The notes under the pieces are model-generated. The model saw only the letters and a list, made by a program, of their open reading frames with translations, searched no databases and was not told the origin of the DNA. A program made the position numbers and the translations under genes. A stretch of 64,000 nucleotides of DNA, from positions 124,115 through 188,114 of the forward strand of contig CAVXWP010000015.1 in the NCBI GenBank assembly GCA_963765495.1. Direction: 5' to 3'. This DNA is from Blastocatellia bacterium (GTDB lineage: Bacteria > Acidobacteriota > Blastocatellia > UBA7656). Numbering within the stretch: the first letter of the stretch is position 1; each line of letters begins with the position of its first letter. Below are positions 11,027 to 20,862 of the stretch, piece by piece.

Positions 11027-11874
11027 GTCAGGGCACTACGGCAGAAAGAAATACCGGCGTAGGCACCCGAGGACAGAGCAGAGAAGCAGGCACTTCTCAA
11101 ACGCCTGCGCCCTCCTGTCCCTCCGGTCCCGGTTCGCGCATCCGCGTGATCGTGGCCGGGGTTGCGATTGATAATTTGAGCGAAGATGAAACGCTTCGGG
11201 TGATAGACGACTTTATCGCGCTGAGAAAGCCACATTACATGTCGGTTGTGAACGCAGCCAAGGCAGTGGCGGCAAGCCGGGACGAGAGTTTGCGCGGCGT
11301 GTTGAATCGGGCCGATCTTGTGACCGCCGACGGCATGTCTGTGGTCTGGGCCTCGCGTCTGTTGGGCCGCCCGCTCAAGGCGCGTGTTACCGGCATCGAT
11401 CTGTTTGAGAGGCTCGTAGCGCGGGCCGCCGCACGCGGGCTGTCGGTTTACTTTCTTGGCGCGCGACAGGAAGCGGTTCTCGCCGTGGTCGAGCGCTTCA
11501 AGCGAGAGCACCCCGACCTCCGCGTGGCCGGGTATCGCAACGGTTATTTCGACCGCTCGGAGTCGGCAAGGATTGCCGAAGAGATAAAACAGAGCCGCGC
11601 CGAACTGCTGTTTGTCGCTCTGGGGTCGCCCGCGCAAGAGCACTGGATTAGCGCGCATCTTGACCAAAGCGGTGTTCGATTCGCGCTCGGCGTAGGCGGA
11701 AGCTTTGACCACCTTAGCGGCTTTGCGCGCCGCGCGCCCGCCTGGATGCAGCGGATCGGGCTTGAATGGTTTTATCGCCTTATGCGCGAGCCTCGCCGGC
11801 TCTGGCGTCGCTATCTGGTGGGAAATACTGTTTTTTTGTGGCTGATCGCAAAACAGCTACTGAGCGGAAAATGA
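11023..11874 (+). CDS. WecB/TagA/CpsF family glycosyltransferase (GT26)
   Basis: ADGMSVVWA, RVTGIDL, VALGSPAQE, GVGGSFD, RAPAWMQRIGLEWFYRL, EPRRLWRRY. Confidence 0.92.
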   Translation: MSQGTTAERNTGVGTRGQSREAGTSQTPAPSCPSGPGSRIRVIVAGVAIDNLSEDETLRVIDDFIALRKPHYMSVVNAAKAVAASRDESLRGVLNRADLVTADGMSVVWASRLLGRPLKARVTGIDLFERLVARAAARGLSVYFLGARQEAVLAVVERFKREHPDLRVAGYRNGYFDRSESARIAEEIKQSRAELLFVALGSPAQEHWISAHLDQSGVRFALGVGGSFDHLSGFARRAPAWMQRIGLEWFYRLMREPRRLWRRYLVGNTVFLWLIAKQLLSGK

Positions 11875-11959
11875 TGCGTGAAGCGTGATGCGTGATCTTT
11901 GGACAATCACCTGTTGACAGTCTAATGGCTGATTTCACGAATCACGCATCACGCTTCAC
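11872..11959. repeat. Family A heptamer inverted element; supplies the TGA stop
   Basis: tgatgcgtgaagcgtgatgcgtga ... tcacgaatcacgcatcacgcttcac. Confidence 0.8.
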
Positions 11960-12119
11960 TCCTGTTGTGCGCGGGGCCTGATAGGGCTACAATCATGATG
12001 ATTGGCGAGTGCGCCAGAGAGCAACGGCCTCTCGCCCTCAAATTAAATATCCTTTTAATCGCGCTCTCCGCATTTATAGCAGCATCACAGGCAAAAAGAT
12101 CATGGAAGGAGAGACTGAC

Positions 12120-13295
12120 ATGTCCAGGGAACGCAGGCCGCTCAAGGAAGTGAGCGGAAAGCCCTCAGATGTGCGCCCCATGAGTAAAGCGGCCGAACTC
12201 GCCGCCTTGCTCGAAGAACGTAGCGGCCAACGACACGCCATCGTCATGCAGGATTACCCCGATCCTGACGCTATCAGCGCCGCGTGGGCGCACAAGATGA
12301 TCGCGGCTCGCTACAACATAGATTGCGACATAATGTATGAAGGCCGCATCTCTCATCAGGAGAACCTTGCCCTTGTGCAATTGACCGAAATAGAGATGGT
12401 CAGGTATAGCGAAGGCGATGATCTGAAACAGTATCAGGGTACGGTATTCGTAGATAATCAGGGCACGACATCGTCCTTGACGGACCGATTCACCTCAGCC
12501 GGGGTGCCTCCTCTTGTGATAGTAGATCATCACGAGCGACAGGACATTATAGATCCCGAGTTTAGCGACATCCGAAAGATTGGCGCGACCGCGACTATTT
12601 ACACCGAATATATACGCGAAGGTCTTCTCGAACTAAACAAGAGCGATATGCAGCATGTTCGGCTGGCTACGGCGCTGATGCACGGGCTCAGAAGCGAGAC
12701 ATCGGGCATGGTGCGCGCCCGCGAGGAAGAGTTTAATGCCGCAAGTTTCCTGACCCGGTATACGGATCATTCGCTGCTTGAAGATATCCTGTCGGTCAAG
12801 CGCTCGAAGCAGGTGATGAACGTGATACGCCTGGCGCTTGAAAACCGCGAAATTCGCGAAAGCTATTCGATCTCGGGCGCGGGTTATCTGCGAGTCGAAG
12901 ATCGCGATTCGATTCCGCAGGCCGCCGACTTTCTGCTCACCGAAGAGAACATACATACGGCGATTGTTTACGGCATCATCATCAAAGGCGACCGCGAGAT
13001 GGTCGTAGGCTCGATGCGCACAAACAAGATCACGCTCAACCCGGATGAGTTTTTGAAAGAGGCTCTGGGCACGACCGAAGCAGGGCGTTACTACGGCGGC
13101 GGACGCCGGGGCGCGGGCGGTTTCGAGATACCCATAGGATTTCTGGCCGGAACTATGGACGAAGAGATGATGCGTATGAAGTGGCGGCTCTACGATGAGT
13201 TGATAAAGAAGAAACTCTTTGCCAAGATCGGCGTGCGAAATCAGCCAAACGTAACTCGCAACGACACCGGCCCCCTTCGCGCTGAAGAGTCTTGA
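12120..13295 (+). CDS. DHH-family phosphoesterase (NrnA-like)
   Basis: PDPDAISAA, FVDNQ, IVDHHE, GATATI, GGGRRGAGG; start at 12120 inferred. Confidence 0.85.
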   Translation: MSRERRPLKEVSGKPSDVRPMSKAAELAALLEERSGQRHAIVMQDYPDPDAISAAWAHKMIAARYNIDCDIMYEGRISHQENLALVQLTEIEMVRYSEGDDLKQYQGTVFVDNQGTTSSLTDRFTSAGVPPLVIVDHHERQDIIDPEFSDIRKIGATATIYTEYIREGLLELNKSDMQHVRLATALMHGLRSETSGMVRAREEEFNAASFLTRYTDHSLLEDILSVKRSKQVMNVIRLALENREIRESYSISGAGYLRVEDRDSIPQAADFLLTEENIHTAIVYGIIIKGDREMVVGSMRTNKITLNPDEFLKEALGTTEAGRYYGGGRRGAGGFEIPIGFLAGTMDEEMMRMKWRLYDELIKKKLFAKIGVRNQPNVTRNDTGPLRAEES

Positions 13296-13302
13296 ACCCA
13301 TC

Positions 13303-13345
13303 GAGAGATGAAGCCCGGCCCCGAAGAGGTCGGGTTTCATCTCTC
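13303..13345. terminator. Long hairpin between convergent genes
   Basis: gagagatgaagcccggcc, loop ccgaaga, ggtcgggtttcatctctc. Confidence 0.65.
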
Positions 13346-13358
13346 AAACAGCAGGTCA

Positions 13359-13658
13359 TTATCGGTGGCGTCGATGTCGTCTGGTTTTGTGGCGATAGAC
13401 CAGATACCCTGCTCCTGCTCCTGCTCCGCCTCCTATCAAAGCGCCCTTTTTCCCGCCGATCAAAGCTCCGCCAACCGCGCCGACAGCAGTCCCTACGGCA
13501 ATGTGTTTGACTTTGCTGTGGTGATGTCTGTGGGTAGTGTGGCGATAGTAATGACGACGCTGAGCATACCCTCCCGGTGCGGTCGCAAAAAGAATCATAA
13601 CTGCCAGAAGAAGCATCGCTAAAATGTTCCGCTTTCCATCGATTCGTATCATTTTCAT
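13359..13658 (-). CDS. Small exported glycine-zipper protein with His/Arg-rich flanks
   Basis: Signal peptide, RRHYYRHTTHRHHHSK, GTAVGAVGGALIGGKKGALIGGGAGAGAG. Confidence 0.75.
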   Translation of the reverse strand: MKMIRIDGKRNILAMLLLAVMILFATAPGGYAQRRHYYRHTTHRHHHSKVKHIAVGTAVGAVGGALIGGKKGALIGGGAGAGAGYLVYRHKTRRHRRHR

Positions 13659-13730
13659 TCCCTCCTCTCAGCAAATCCTCGCTTCAGGAAATAGCTTACA
13701 ATAACCGTTCCACAGCCCCTGCGAAGTGAT

Positions 13731-14480
13731 TCAAAGCCTCATCCCCTTCCTCACAATTACGGGCGACCCTTCGGCGAGGAAGGCCGAACTCGCCCTTGCG
13801 CCGAGCGCCGGGGCGAACGCCTCGCCGTATAACTCCGCGACGTTGCAATCAAGCGCCGCTTCGCTTGTTTGCCAGACCATCCACTGAGGATGCTCTACCT
13901 GATATTCGACCGCGCCGCCCCCCGTTTGCGCGGCGTAGCCCCAGTAATGCTCTGTGATAAACTCTTCTTCGGACCCGCACGTGAGCGGGTGGGAACTGCC
14001 CGAAGTCCTGACTCGCAGATGATTCCATCGCCCCCGGTAGCGCCAGCCGTACTCGATTGCGCCGTTTTGTTTGAGCGCGCTGTTTTGTTTGAGCGCGCCG
14101 TTTTCGCTTTCAATGTTATGCCGCATAGGAGTGGCGATATAGTTTTCGTTATAGATCAGCCGCGCCACTGTGGCTATCGCTATTCGCGGGACGATCTCTT
14201 TTATAAAGACCACGCCGCGCCGCCAGCCGTCGGGGGCTTTCCTGCGGACGTAAAAACGCAGGTTGACCTCTTCAAAGTTTCGATGGAAAGGAATGGCAAG
14301 GCCCCGCACTCTGGTCTTCAGAAAAAGAAAACCCACCAGACTTACAAAGGTCTTTCCATTCCAGCTATCGAGTTCCGTGCCCTCCGGGACATAAGGTATC
14401 AAAACGGAAGGCTCGATTTCATAATTCATCATCGCCAGATAGCGCCATTCGGCCGTAAGGAATTTGCCGGGTGTCTGCAT
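13731..14480 (-). CDS. DUF2071 / YqjF family protein
   Basis: FLTAEWRYLAMMNY, FEEVNLRFYV, EFITEHYWGY, YQVEHPQW. Confidence 0.85.
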   Translation of the reverse strand: MQTPGKFLTAEWRYLAMMNYEIEPSVLIPYVPEGTELDSWNGKTFVSLVGFLFLKTRVRGLAIPFHRNFEEVNLRFYVRRKAPDGWRRGVVFIKEIVPRIAIATVARLIYNENYIATPMRHNIESENGALKQNSALKQNGAIEYGWRYRGRWNHLRVRTSGSSHPLTCGSEEEFITEHYWGYAAQTGGGAVEYQVEHPQWMVWQTSEAALDCNVAELYGEAFAPALGARASSAFLAEGSPVIVRKGMRL

Positions 14481-14504
14481 AGTTTTGATTAGAGGCGAAC
14501 CGTC

Positions 14505-14816
14505 TTAGAATTTCATCCTGCCCGTGATGACATTTTTGAACATAACCCAGTCAGCCGCCAGACTATAAAACGGATATGTAAAGGTCGCGGGCCGATTCTT
14601 CTCAAAAAAGAAATGGCCCGACCACGCAAATCCGTACCCGATGAAGGGGAGAGCCGCAAACGCCCGCCAGTTCATAGTGACGATTGCGTAAACCAGTACG
14701 ATCAGCGTCAGCGCGCTTCCTAAAACGTGCAGGCGGCGACAGACCGGATTGCTGTGCTCCGACAGATAGAAGGGATAGAACTCCGCAAATGTCTGGTAGC
14801 CTTTCTCCTCTTTCAT
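14505..14816 (-). CDS. DUF962 / Mpo1-like membrane protein
   Basis: FYPFYLSEHSNPVCRRLH, GYGFAWSGHFFFEKNRPATF; start at 14816 inferred. Confidence 0.85.
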   Translation of the reverse strand: MKEEKGYQTFAEFYPFYLSEHSNPVCRRLHVLGSALTLIVLVYAIVTMNWRAFAALPFIGYGFAWSGHFFFEKNRPATFTYPFYSLAADWVMFKNVITGRMKF

Positions 14817-14977
14817 CTCAAGCCCCGGAGCAACCCTGCTTTTGATTATTGCCTTCACGATTGCATGTTGGCGTTTCAGAACCCAAATGTCAAAACAGAT
14901 GAGCAACTGGCTTGATGGGCGGCGGTCAGGTAAAATTCTTTGGCAATTCAGTGAAAGTCATCTGGAGGAGATAAAGC

Positions 14978-15217
14978 ATGAGTGATAACTCAGAAATAAT
15001 TTGTAACAACAACGGCCCGCTTCGCGTGACCGGCGACAACATAATCATCAAGGACGCAGCCGGCAATACATTTGGCCTGGCAGGCCGCAAGGTGATTTCG
15101 CTCTGCCGCTGCGGCCAATCCAACAACAAGCCTTTCTGCGACGGCAGTCACAACCATCACGGGTTTCAATCGGTAGTCGAGGCGAGAGACTTGCCGCCGC
15201 CAAAACCAAAAGCGTAA
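14978..15217 (+). CDS. CDGSH iron-sulfur domain protein
   Basis: NGPLRV, LCRCGQSNNKPFCDGSH; GGAGG RBS. Confidence 0.9.
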   Translation: MSDNSEIICNNNGPLRVTGDNIIIKDAAGNTFGLAGRKVISLCRCGQSNNKPFCDGSHNHHGFQSVVEARDLPPPKPKA

Positions 15218-15382
15218 GCAGTAGGCAGTAGGCAGTAGGCAGTTATTTTGAGGCTGGCATGAATCTGATCCGCGTAAATCCGCCTGATCCGCGTCCGTCC
15301 GTGGTCTATTAGTACTGTCAAAATCATGCCGTTTGAATTATAGCGATAAGTGGACTTACAAAACTGCCTACTGCCTACTGCT
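15218..15382. repeat. Family D (AGGCAGT)n inverted element with a nested family E repeat
   Basis: gcagtaggcagtaggcagtaggcagtt ... aactgcctactgcctactgc; interior atccgcgtaaatccgcctgatccgcgtccgtccgtgg resembles 44217-44261. Confidence 0.8.
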
Positions 15383-15408
15383 TACTTTATTAACGACAAG
15401 AGAGAAAG

Positions 15409-16773
15409 ATGAAAACTATCAGAATAGCGAATGGGCAAGGGTTCTGGGGCGATTCGCTCCAGGCTCCAATCGAGCAGGTCCGGCGAGGTCCTGTTGATTA
15501 TTTGACGCTCGATTATCTGGCTGAGATCACGATGTCTATCATGCAGAAACAGCGCGCCCGCGACCCGCGCTCGGGATATGCGCGCGACTTCGTTGCGATG
15601 ATAGAAGAGATACTCGCAGACCTCGTGGAGCGCAATATAAAGGTCGTGGCCAATGCCGGAGGCGTGAACCCCGAAGCGTGCCGCGATGCGGTGATAGAGG
15701 TTGCGCGCCGGGCGGGTTTCGGCGGCAAAGTCAAAATCGGCATAGTCGCAGGCGACGATATAATGCACAGGCTCGAAGATTACATCGGGCGCGGCGTCGA
15801 GTTGAAAAACATGGAGACGGGCGAGCCGCTTTCCGCGATCCTCTCACAGGTGCAAAGCGCCAACGTCTATTTCGGCGGTCGCCCCGTTGCCGAATGTCTG
15901 GGCCGAGGCGGGCAGATCGTCATCGCCGGTCGCGTGACCGACACGGGGCTTGCGCTCGGTCCCATGATCCACGAATTCGGCTGGTCGGCAGATGACTGGG
16001 ACCGACTGGCCGCGGGAACAATCGCGGGCCATTCGGTCGAATGCGGCGCGCAATGTACGGGCGGCAACTGCATGATTGATTGGAGAACCATCCCAAATAT
16101 GGCCGATATAGGCTATCCCGTGATCGAAGCTCACCCGGACGGCACATTCGTCATAACCAAACACGAAGGCACGGGCGGGCGCATCACGGTCCCTTCCATC
16201 AAGGAGCAACTCGTTTACGAGATGGGCGACCCGCGAGAATACATCACGCCCGATTGCATAGCCGATTTCACATCCATTCATCTTGAACAGGAGGGCGCTG
16301 ATCGCGTCAGATTTTCAGGCATAAAGGGGAGACCCGCGACCGATTTTTATAAAGTCTCTATCAGCTACAGCGCCGGGTGGAAAGCCGCGGGCTCGCTCAT
16401 CTACGCGTGGCCCGATGCGTATGAGAAGGCGCAGGCGGCGGATCGTATTTTTAGAGAAAGACTTGACCGGCTCGGCCTGAAATTCGACCAGGTGCTTACG
16501 GAATACGTAGGCGTGAATGCCTGTCACGGCGCGCTTGCGGGTGAGCCTGCGCCCGATATGGCCGAAGTAATGTGGCGAATCGGCGTGCGCGGAAGCGACC
16601 GCTCGGCGGTCGAGCGATTCACCAGAGAGATAGCGCCGCTTGTTTTGAACGGCCCGCCGACCGTGACCGGATTTGCGAGCGGACGACCGAAGACCGAAGA
16701 GATAATTGCTTACTGGCCCGCGCTCATTCCCAAGAGCGAAGCTGCGCCGGAGATTTCTGTAATCGAGGCTTGA
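15409..16773 (+). CDS. Acyclic terpene utilization AtuA family protein (DUF1446)
   Basis: [55 protein letters not shown]. Confidence 0.9.
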   Translation: MKTIRIANGQGFWGDSLQAPIEQVRRGPVDYLTLDYLAEITMSIMQKQRARDPRSGYARDFVAMIEEILADLVERNIKVVANAGGVNPEACRDAVIEVARRAGFGGKVKIGIVAGDDIMHRLEDYIGRGVELKNMETGEPLSAILSQVQSANVYFGGRPVAECLGRGGQIVIAGRVTDTGLALGPMIHEFGWSADDWDRLAAGTIAGHSVECGAQCTGGNCMIDWRTIPNMADIGYPVIEAHPDGTFVITKHEGTGGRITVPSIKEQLVYEMGDPREYITPDCIADFTSIHLEQEGADRVRFSGIKGRPATDFYKVSISYSAGWKAAGSLIYAWPDAYEKAQAADRIFRERLDRLGLKFDQVLTEYVGVNACHGALAGEPAPDMAEVMWRIGVRGSDRSAVERFTREIAPLVLNGPPTVTGFASGRPKTEEIIAYWPALIPKSEAAPEISVIEA

Positions 16774-17126
16774 TGACAATGGCAAAGATCAAATTAATAA
16801 AACTGGCTCACGCCCGCTCGGGCGACAAGGGCGATACGGCAAATGTCGGCGTGATAGCGTTCAAGCCCGACTACTACCCCGTTCTGGTCGAACAGGTGAC
16901 GGCCGAGCGCGTGAAGGAACACTTCCGAGGCACCTGTCTGGGCGCGGTCGAGCGGTTCGAACTGCCAAACCTCGGCGCGTTGAATTTCCTCCTGCACGAA
17001 AGCCTTGACGGCGGGGGCACGCTTTCGCTCAAGACCGACGCGCAAGGCAAAACATACAGCTCGGCTCTGCTCCGCATGGAAGTTGAAGTGGGCGACGAAC
17101 TCGCGCGCGAGCTTGAACAAGGCTGA
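16773..17126 (+). CDS. AtuA-related small protein (C-terminal AtuA-like domain as a separate gene)
   Basis: AHARSGDKGDTANVGV, ALNFLL, SLKTDAQGK; TGATG overlap with the upstream stop. Confidence 0.85.
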   Translation: MTMAKIKLIKLAHARSGDKGDTANVGVIAFKPDYYPVLVEQVTAERVKEHFRGTCLGAVERFELPNLGALNFLLHESLDGGGTLSLKTDAQGKTYSSALLRMEVEVGDELARELEQG

Positions 17127-17236
17127 TTGGCACCCCGGGGTTAGCAAGAATCAAAGCAGGGGCCCAGGCTAGAGCGCGGAAAACCTGAACCGTTCCTGCT
17201 GCCGGTTTGATTTTATACGGGGAAGGAAGAAAGCCA

Positions 17237-17509
17237 ATGGATTGGCGCGTGCTGCTGACCACGTTTGGAGTGATTTTTCTGGCCGAGATGGGCGACAAGA
17301 CCCAGCTTGCGGCGATGACTATGGCGGCGCAGACCGGGCGGCCCTGGGCCGTTTTGATGGGAGCCTCGCTTGCCCTTGTATGTGTGTCGGCGCTCGGAGT
17401 TCTGGTCGGCAGCCTGCTTGGAGAGTATCTGCCTCTGGTCTGGATCAAGCGCGCCGCCGCCGTGGCCTTTATCATCATCGGAGTGCTGATACTGATCGGC
17501 AAGTTTTGA
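17237..17509 (+). CDS. Single-repeat TMEM165/GDT1 (UPF0016) membrane protein
   Basis: FLAEMGDKTQLA motif, three hydrophobic helices, ~90 aa. Confidence 0.85.
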   Translation: MDWRVLLTTFGVIFLAEMGDKTQLAAMTMAAQTGRPWAVLMGASLALVCVSALGVLVGSLLGEYLPLVWIKRAAAVAFIIIGVLILIGKF

Positions 17510-17546
17510 CTCGCGACATGGATTACAGGAAGGGTTATATAAACCT

Positions 17547-18314
17547 ATGACCGAATACAAGAAAATACTCTACGAGGTAAGAGAGTCCACTGCTCGCATC
17601 ACGCTCAACCGGCCCGAAAAGCGTAACGCGCTCGATGACGAGATAATCGGCGAAGTGAAAGACGCGCTCGAAACCTGTGCGCTTGATGCGAGCGTGCGAG
17701 TGGTAATCCTGACGGGCGCGGGCAAGGATTTTTGTTCGGGTGCGGACCTTGCCGCGCTTCGCCGCATCAGCGAGGCTACGGTTATGGAAAACGTGGCCGA
17801 TGCTCACAACTTCGCCGAGTTATTTATTGCCATGCGGCGTCATCCGCGACCGATCATCGCGGTGGTTCGCGGGCGGGCGCTCGCGGGCGGGTGCGGGCTG
17901 GCCACAGCCGCAGACATCATACTGGCTGCCGAGTCGGCGCAGTTCGGATACCCGGAGGTCAACATAGGATTTATCCCCGCTATGGTGATGGCGATATTGC
18001 GGCGTTCGGTCTCAGAGAAGCGGGCGTTTGAATTGATAACCAGAGGCGAGATAATCGGCGCGCGCGCGGCGAGAGAAGCGGGGATGATAAACCAGGTTTT
18101 TGCCGATCAGACGTTTGATGAATCGGTCGAATCCTACATTGCCGAGATGGCTAAGAAGTCGGCATCTGCGGTGAGTCTGGCAAAGAGCCTGCTCTATCAT
18201 ATGGATGCGATGAGTTTCGAAGCAGCCCTGGAATCGGGCGTACAGATGAATGCGATAACGCGGATGACCGAGGACTGCAAGCGTGGCGTCGAGCGATTCC
18301 TGAATAAATCTTAG
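17547..18314 (+). CDS. Enoyl-CoA hydratase/isomerase (methylglutaconyl-CoA hydratase-like)
   Basis: TLNRPEKRNAL, FCSGADL, ALAGGCGL, FGYPEVNIG. Confidence 0.9.
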   Translation: MTEYKKILYEVRESTARITLNRPEKRNALDDEIIGEVKDALETCALDASVRVVILTGAGKDFCSGADLAALRRISEATVMENVADAHNFAELFIAMRRHPRPIIAVVRGRALAGGCGLATAADIILAAESAQFGYPEVNIGFIPAMVMAILRRSVSEKRAFELITRGEIIGARAAREAGMINQVFADQTFDESVESYIAEMAKKSASAVSLAKSLLYHMDAMSFEAALESGVQMNAITRMTEDCKRGVERFLNKS

Positions 18315-18332
18315 ATCTCAAATCTCAAATCT

Positions 18333-19277
18333 TCAGACGGGCGGGTACTTTCGCTTGAAATACGGGCGCAGGTCGCGGGTGGGCGCGGGCTCTTCTTTAT
18401 TCTCGCCCGCGTCGTCCACGCGGCGGAAATTATAACGAATCAATGCGCGTACGCTCACTGCTTGGCCCTCGCGTGTAGCGGGTTTGAATTCCAGGCTTCG
18501 TATCGCGCGCGCTGCCGCTTCATCGAGCCCGAATCCCGCCCAGCGTGTGATCTCGATTTTGCCTACCCGCCCGTCGTAACGAAACACGGCCAGCGCTTCC
18601 ACGGTGGCGCTGACGTTTGCCTGCCCGGCCTCGTCGGTGTATTCGGGCTTTACGCGATTTGAAAACTCAGGCGGGGTGAATCCGGTTGATCGAGGCGAGT
18701 CCTCATCCGGCATCTCTTCGATTCGTTCATCGTTCGACGCTTCGGGCAGGGCCTCCTGGGTGAGGCGAAACTCTGTCATTCGATCAACGTAATTGCCTGC
18801 CCGGGAGGTTAAAATTTCTATCGCCTGGCGCGTAGCCTCTTCTTTAGTCTTCGCCTTTTGATTTATGAAATCGAAAGCGGCAAGCTTTCCGTTTCGGCCG
18901 TCAACGATCATAACGGCGATGAGAGCTTCCTCGTGAGATTCGTTTTTGCGCAGGGTGCGAGTGAGAACTTCGGATTTACCCGTGATGAAAAAATCGCAGC
19001 CAATCGCAGCGCCAATCCTTCGCGCTTCATCAGTTGTCAGGTTGAGCGATCCATCGTAACCCAAAGCGGCAATCGCAGGCCCGCTCATCGCTTGATCGAC
19101 GAGCGTTACACGCCCGTCTCGCGCAAGCCCGCCTGTGAGCGCGTGTAGCGATTCGCCTTGCGCAAAACCGATAACGGCGACTCTGAAGCGGGGTTGATGA
19201 TCATCAGTAGTTGATCCTTGCGCGGTCAAAGCGATGATCCAAAACAAAAACACGACGCTGGCTGAAAGGCGAATCAT
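18333..19277 (-). CDS. Exported protein with a C-terminal TonB domain
   Basis: PEYTDEAGQANVSATV, GFGLDEAAARAIRSLEFKPATREG; N-terminal signal peptide. Confidence 0.75.
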   Translation of the reverse strand: MIRLSASVVFLFWIIALTAQGSTTDDHQPRFRVAVIGFAQGESLHALTGGLARDGRVTLVDQAMSGPAIAALGYDGSLNLTTDEARRIGAAIGCDFFITGKSEVLTRTLRKNESHEEALIAVMIVDGRNGKLAAFDFINQKAKTKEEATRQAIEILTSRAGNYVDRMTEFRLTQEALPEASNDERIEEMPDEDSPRSTGFTPPEFSNRVKPEYTDEAGQANVSATVEALAVFRYDGRVGKIEITRWAGFGLDEAAARAIRSLEFKPATREGQAVSVRALIRYNFRRVDDAGENKEEPAPTRDLRPYFKRKYPPV

Positions 19278-19299
19278 CTCTTCTCTTCTTTCGCTTCGC

Positions 19300-20817
19300 T
19301 CAGGCGATCTTTCTCAACCCCCAGCGGTAAAGCACCTTCATCAACGTCTTGAAACGACCGAACCAGAGATCGGTATAAGGGAACCACCACCAGTCGCTCT
19401 TCAAAGGCAGCATGTCCCAGTTTATATGCTTCATGCGCACGAACTCGAACAGACCGGCCCGCCCGTGCGTCACCCCCATGCCGCTGTCTTTGATGCCAAA
19501 CCACGGAGTCTGCGCCGCGCCGTGCGTGTAGAGCGCGTCGTTGATTACGACCGTGCCTGCCTCTATCCTTCGAGCGATGCGGCGTCCCCGGTCGTTGTCT
19601 GCGGTCCAGACCGATGCAAGCAGCCCGTAGCGAGAGTTGTTTGCCTCGCGTATTGCTTCCTCTTCGTCCTTGACGATCATAATCGGAAGCACGGGGCCGA
19701 ACGTCTCTTCACGCATCACCTTCATAGAATTGTTCACATCCACAAGCACCGTAGGCTCGAAGAAATAGCCTTCCGAGCCTTCGCGTTTGTGCCCGCCCGC
19801 AAGCACTCGCGCGCCACAGGCCACGGCGTCGGCTACGTGATCCGAGACCACATTCAACTGGTTCTCGTTTGCAAGCGGGCCGATGTCGGTGCTGCACCCC
19901 GAGGGCGCGCCGACCCTGAGTTTGCCCACCTCTTCGACAACAGCCGAAATGAATCTTTCCGCTATCGGCTCGACTACATATAACCGCTCGACCGAGGCGC
20001 ACACCTGCCCGCAATTGGCGAACGCGCCCCAGACCGCGCCCTTCACCGTGCGCTCAAACGGCGCATCTTCGCAGACTATCATAGGGTCTTTGCCGCCGAG
20101 TTCGAGCACTACCGGCAGGAGCCGCTTCACGGCCGCTTCGGCTATACGCTTTCCGGTGCGAACCGAGCCGGTGAAGAAAATCTTGTCAACCGAGGATTCG
20201 ACAAGAGCCGCCCCTGTAGACCCGTCGCCCTGAACTACTTGAAATACGCCTTCGGGAAAACCGGCCGAGGCAAACAATCTGCCGATTGCATCGGAGACAA
20301 GAGGCGTGAATTCGGATGGTTTCAGCACTACGGTGTTTCCGGCCATCAGCGCCATCACGATTTCGCCCGTAGGGATCGCGAATGGAAAATTCCACGGACT
20401 GATGATCCCAACCACTCCTATGGGTTCGTATGTGATCATAGACCGCTTGTTGCGAAAGACGGCGAGCGAAAACCGCTCGTCGCGGAGTATCTTCTCGGTC
20501 TTCGCGGCATAATAGCTCATCAAATCGGTGACTGGAAAAACTTCGGTTGAGAGCGCCTCAAACGGCGGTTTGCCTGTTTCGTCCGAGATGATATTGATCA
20601 ATTCGTTTTGCCGGTCATAGAGCGCGTGACGCAGCTTCAATATGTAGCGGGCTCGATTTCTGTACGCGAGCGCGCCCCAGTCGGGCTGCGCAGCCCGCGC
20701 TCGCGCGACCGCCGCGTCCACCTCGGCGGCCGATGTTATGGGGAAGCGCCCCAGTTCTTCGAGCGTGGCCGGGTTGACCGAGATTACTTCAGAGTTGATC
20801 GTTACGGCTGCGGTCAT
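19300..20817 (-). CDS. Aldehyde dehydrogenase family protein
   Basis: ISPWNFP, LKPSE, FTGSVRTG, LELGGKDP, GQVCAS, EETFGP. Confidence 0.93.
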   Translation of the reverse strand: MTAAVTINSEVISVNPATLEELGRFPITSAAEVDAAVARARAAQPDWGALAYRNRARYILKLRHALYDRQNELINIISDETGKPPFEALSTEVFPVTDLMSYYAAKTEKILRDERFSLAVFRNKRSMITYEPIGVVGIISPWNFPFAIPTGEIVMALMAGNTVVLKPSEFTPLVSDAIGRLFASAGFPEGVFQVVQGDGSTGAALVESSVDKIFFTGSVRTGKRIAEAAVKRLLPVVLELGGKDPMIVCEDAPFERTVKGAVWGAFANCGQVCASVERLYVVEPIAERFISAVVEEVGKLRVGAPSGCSTDIGPLANENQLNVVSDHVADAVACGARVLAGGHKREGSEGYFFEPTVLVDVNNSMKVMREETFGPVLPIMIVKDEEEAIREANNSRYGLLASVWTADNDRGRRIARRIEAGTVVINDALYTHGAAQTPWFGIKDSGMGVTHGRAGLFEFVRMKHINWDMLPLKSDWWWFPYTDLWFGRFKTLMKVLYRWGLRKIA

Positions 20818-20862
20818 AAGCTCCTCCTTTTATACCTGAGCTTTATATCTGAAGTTGGGGTC

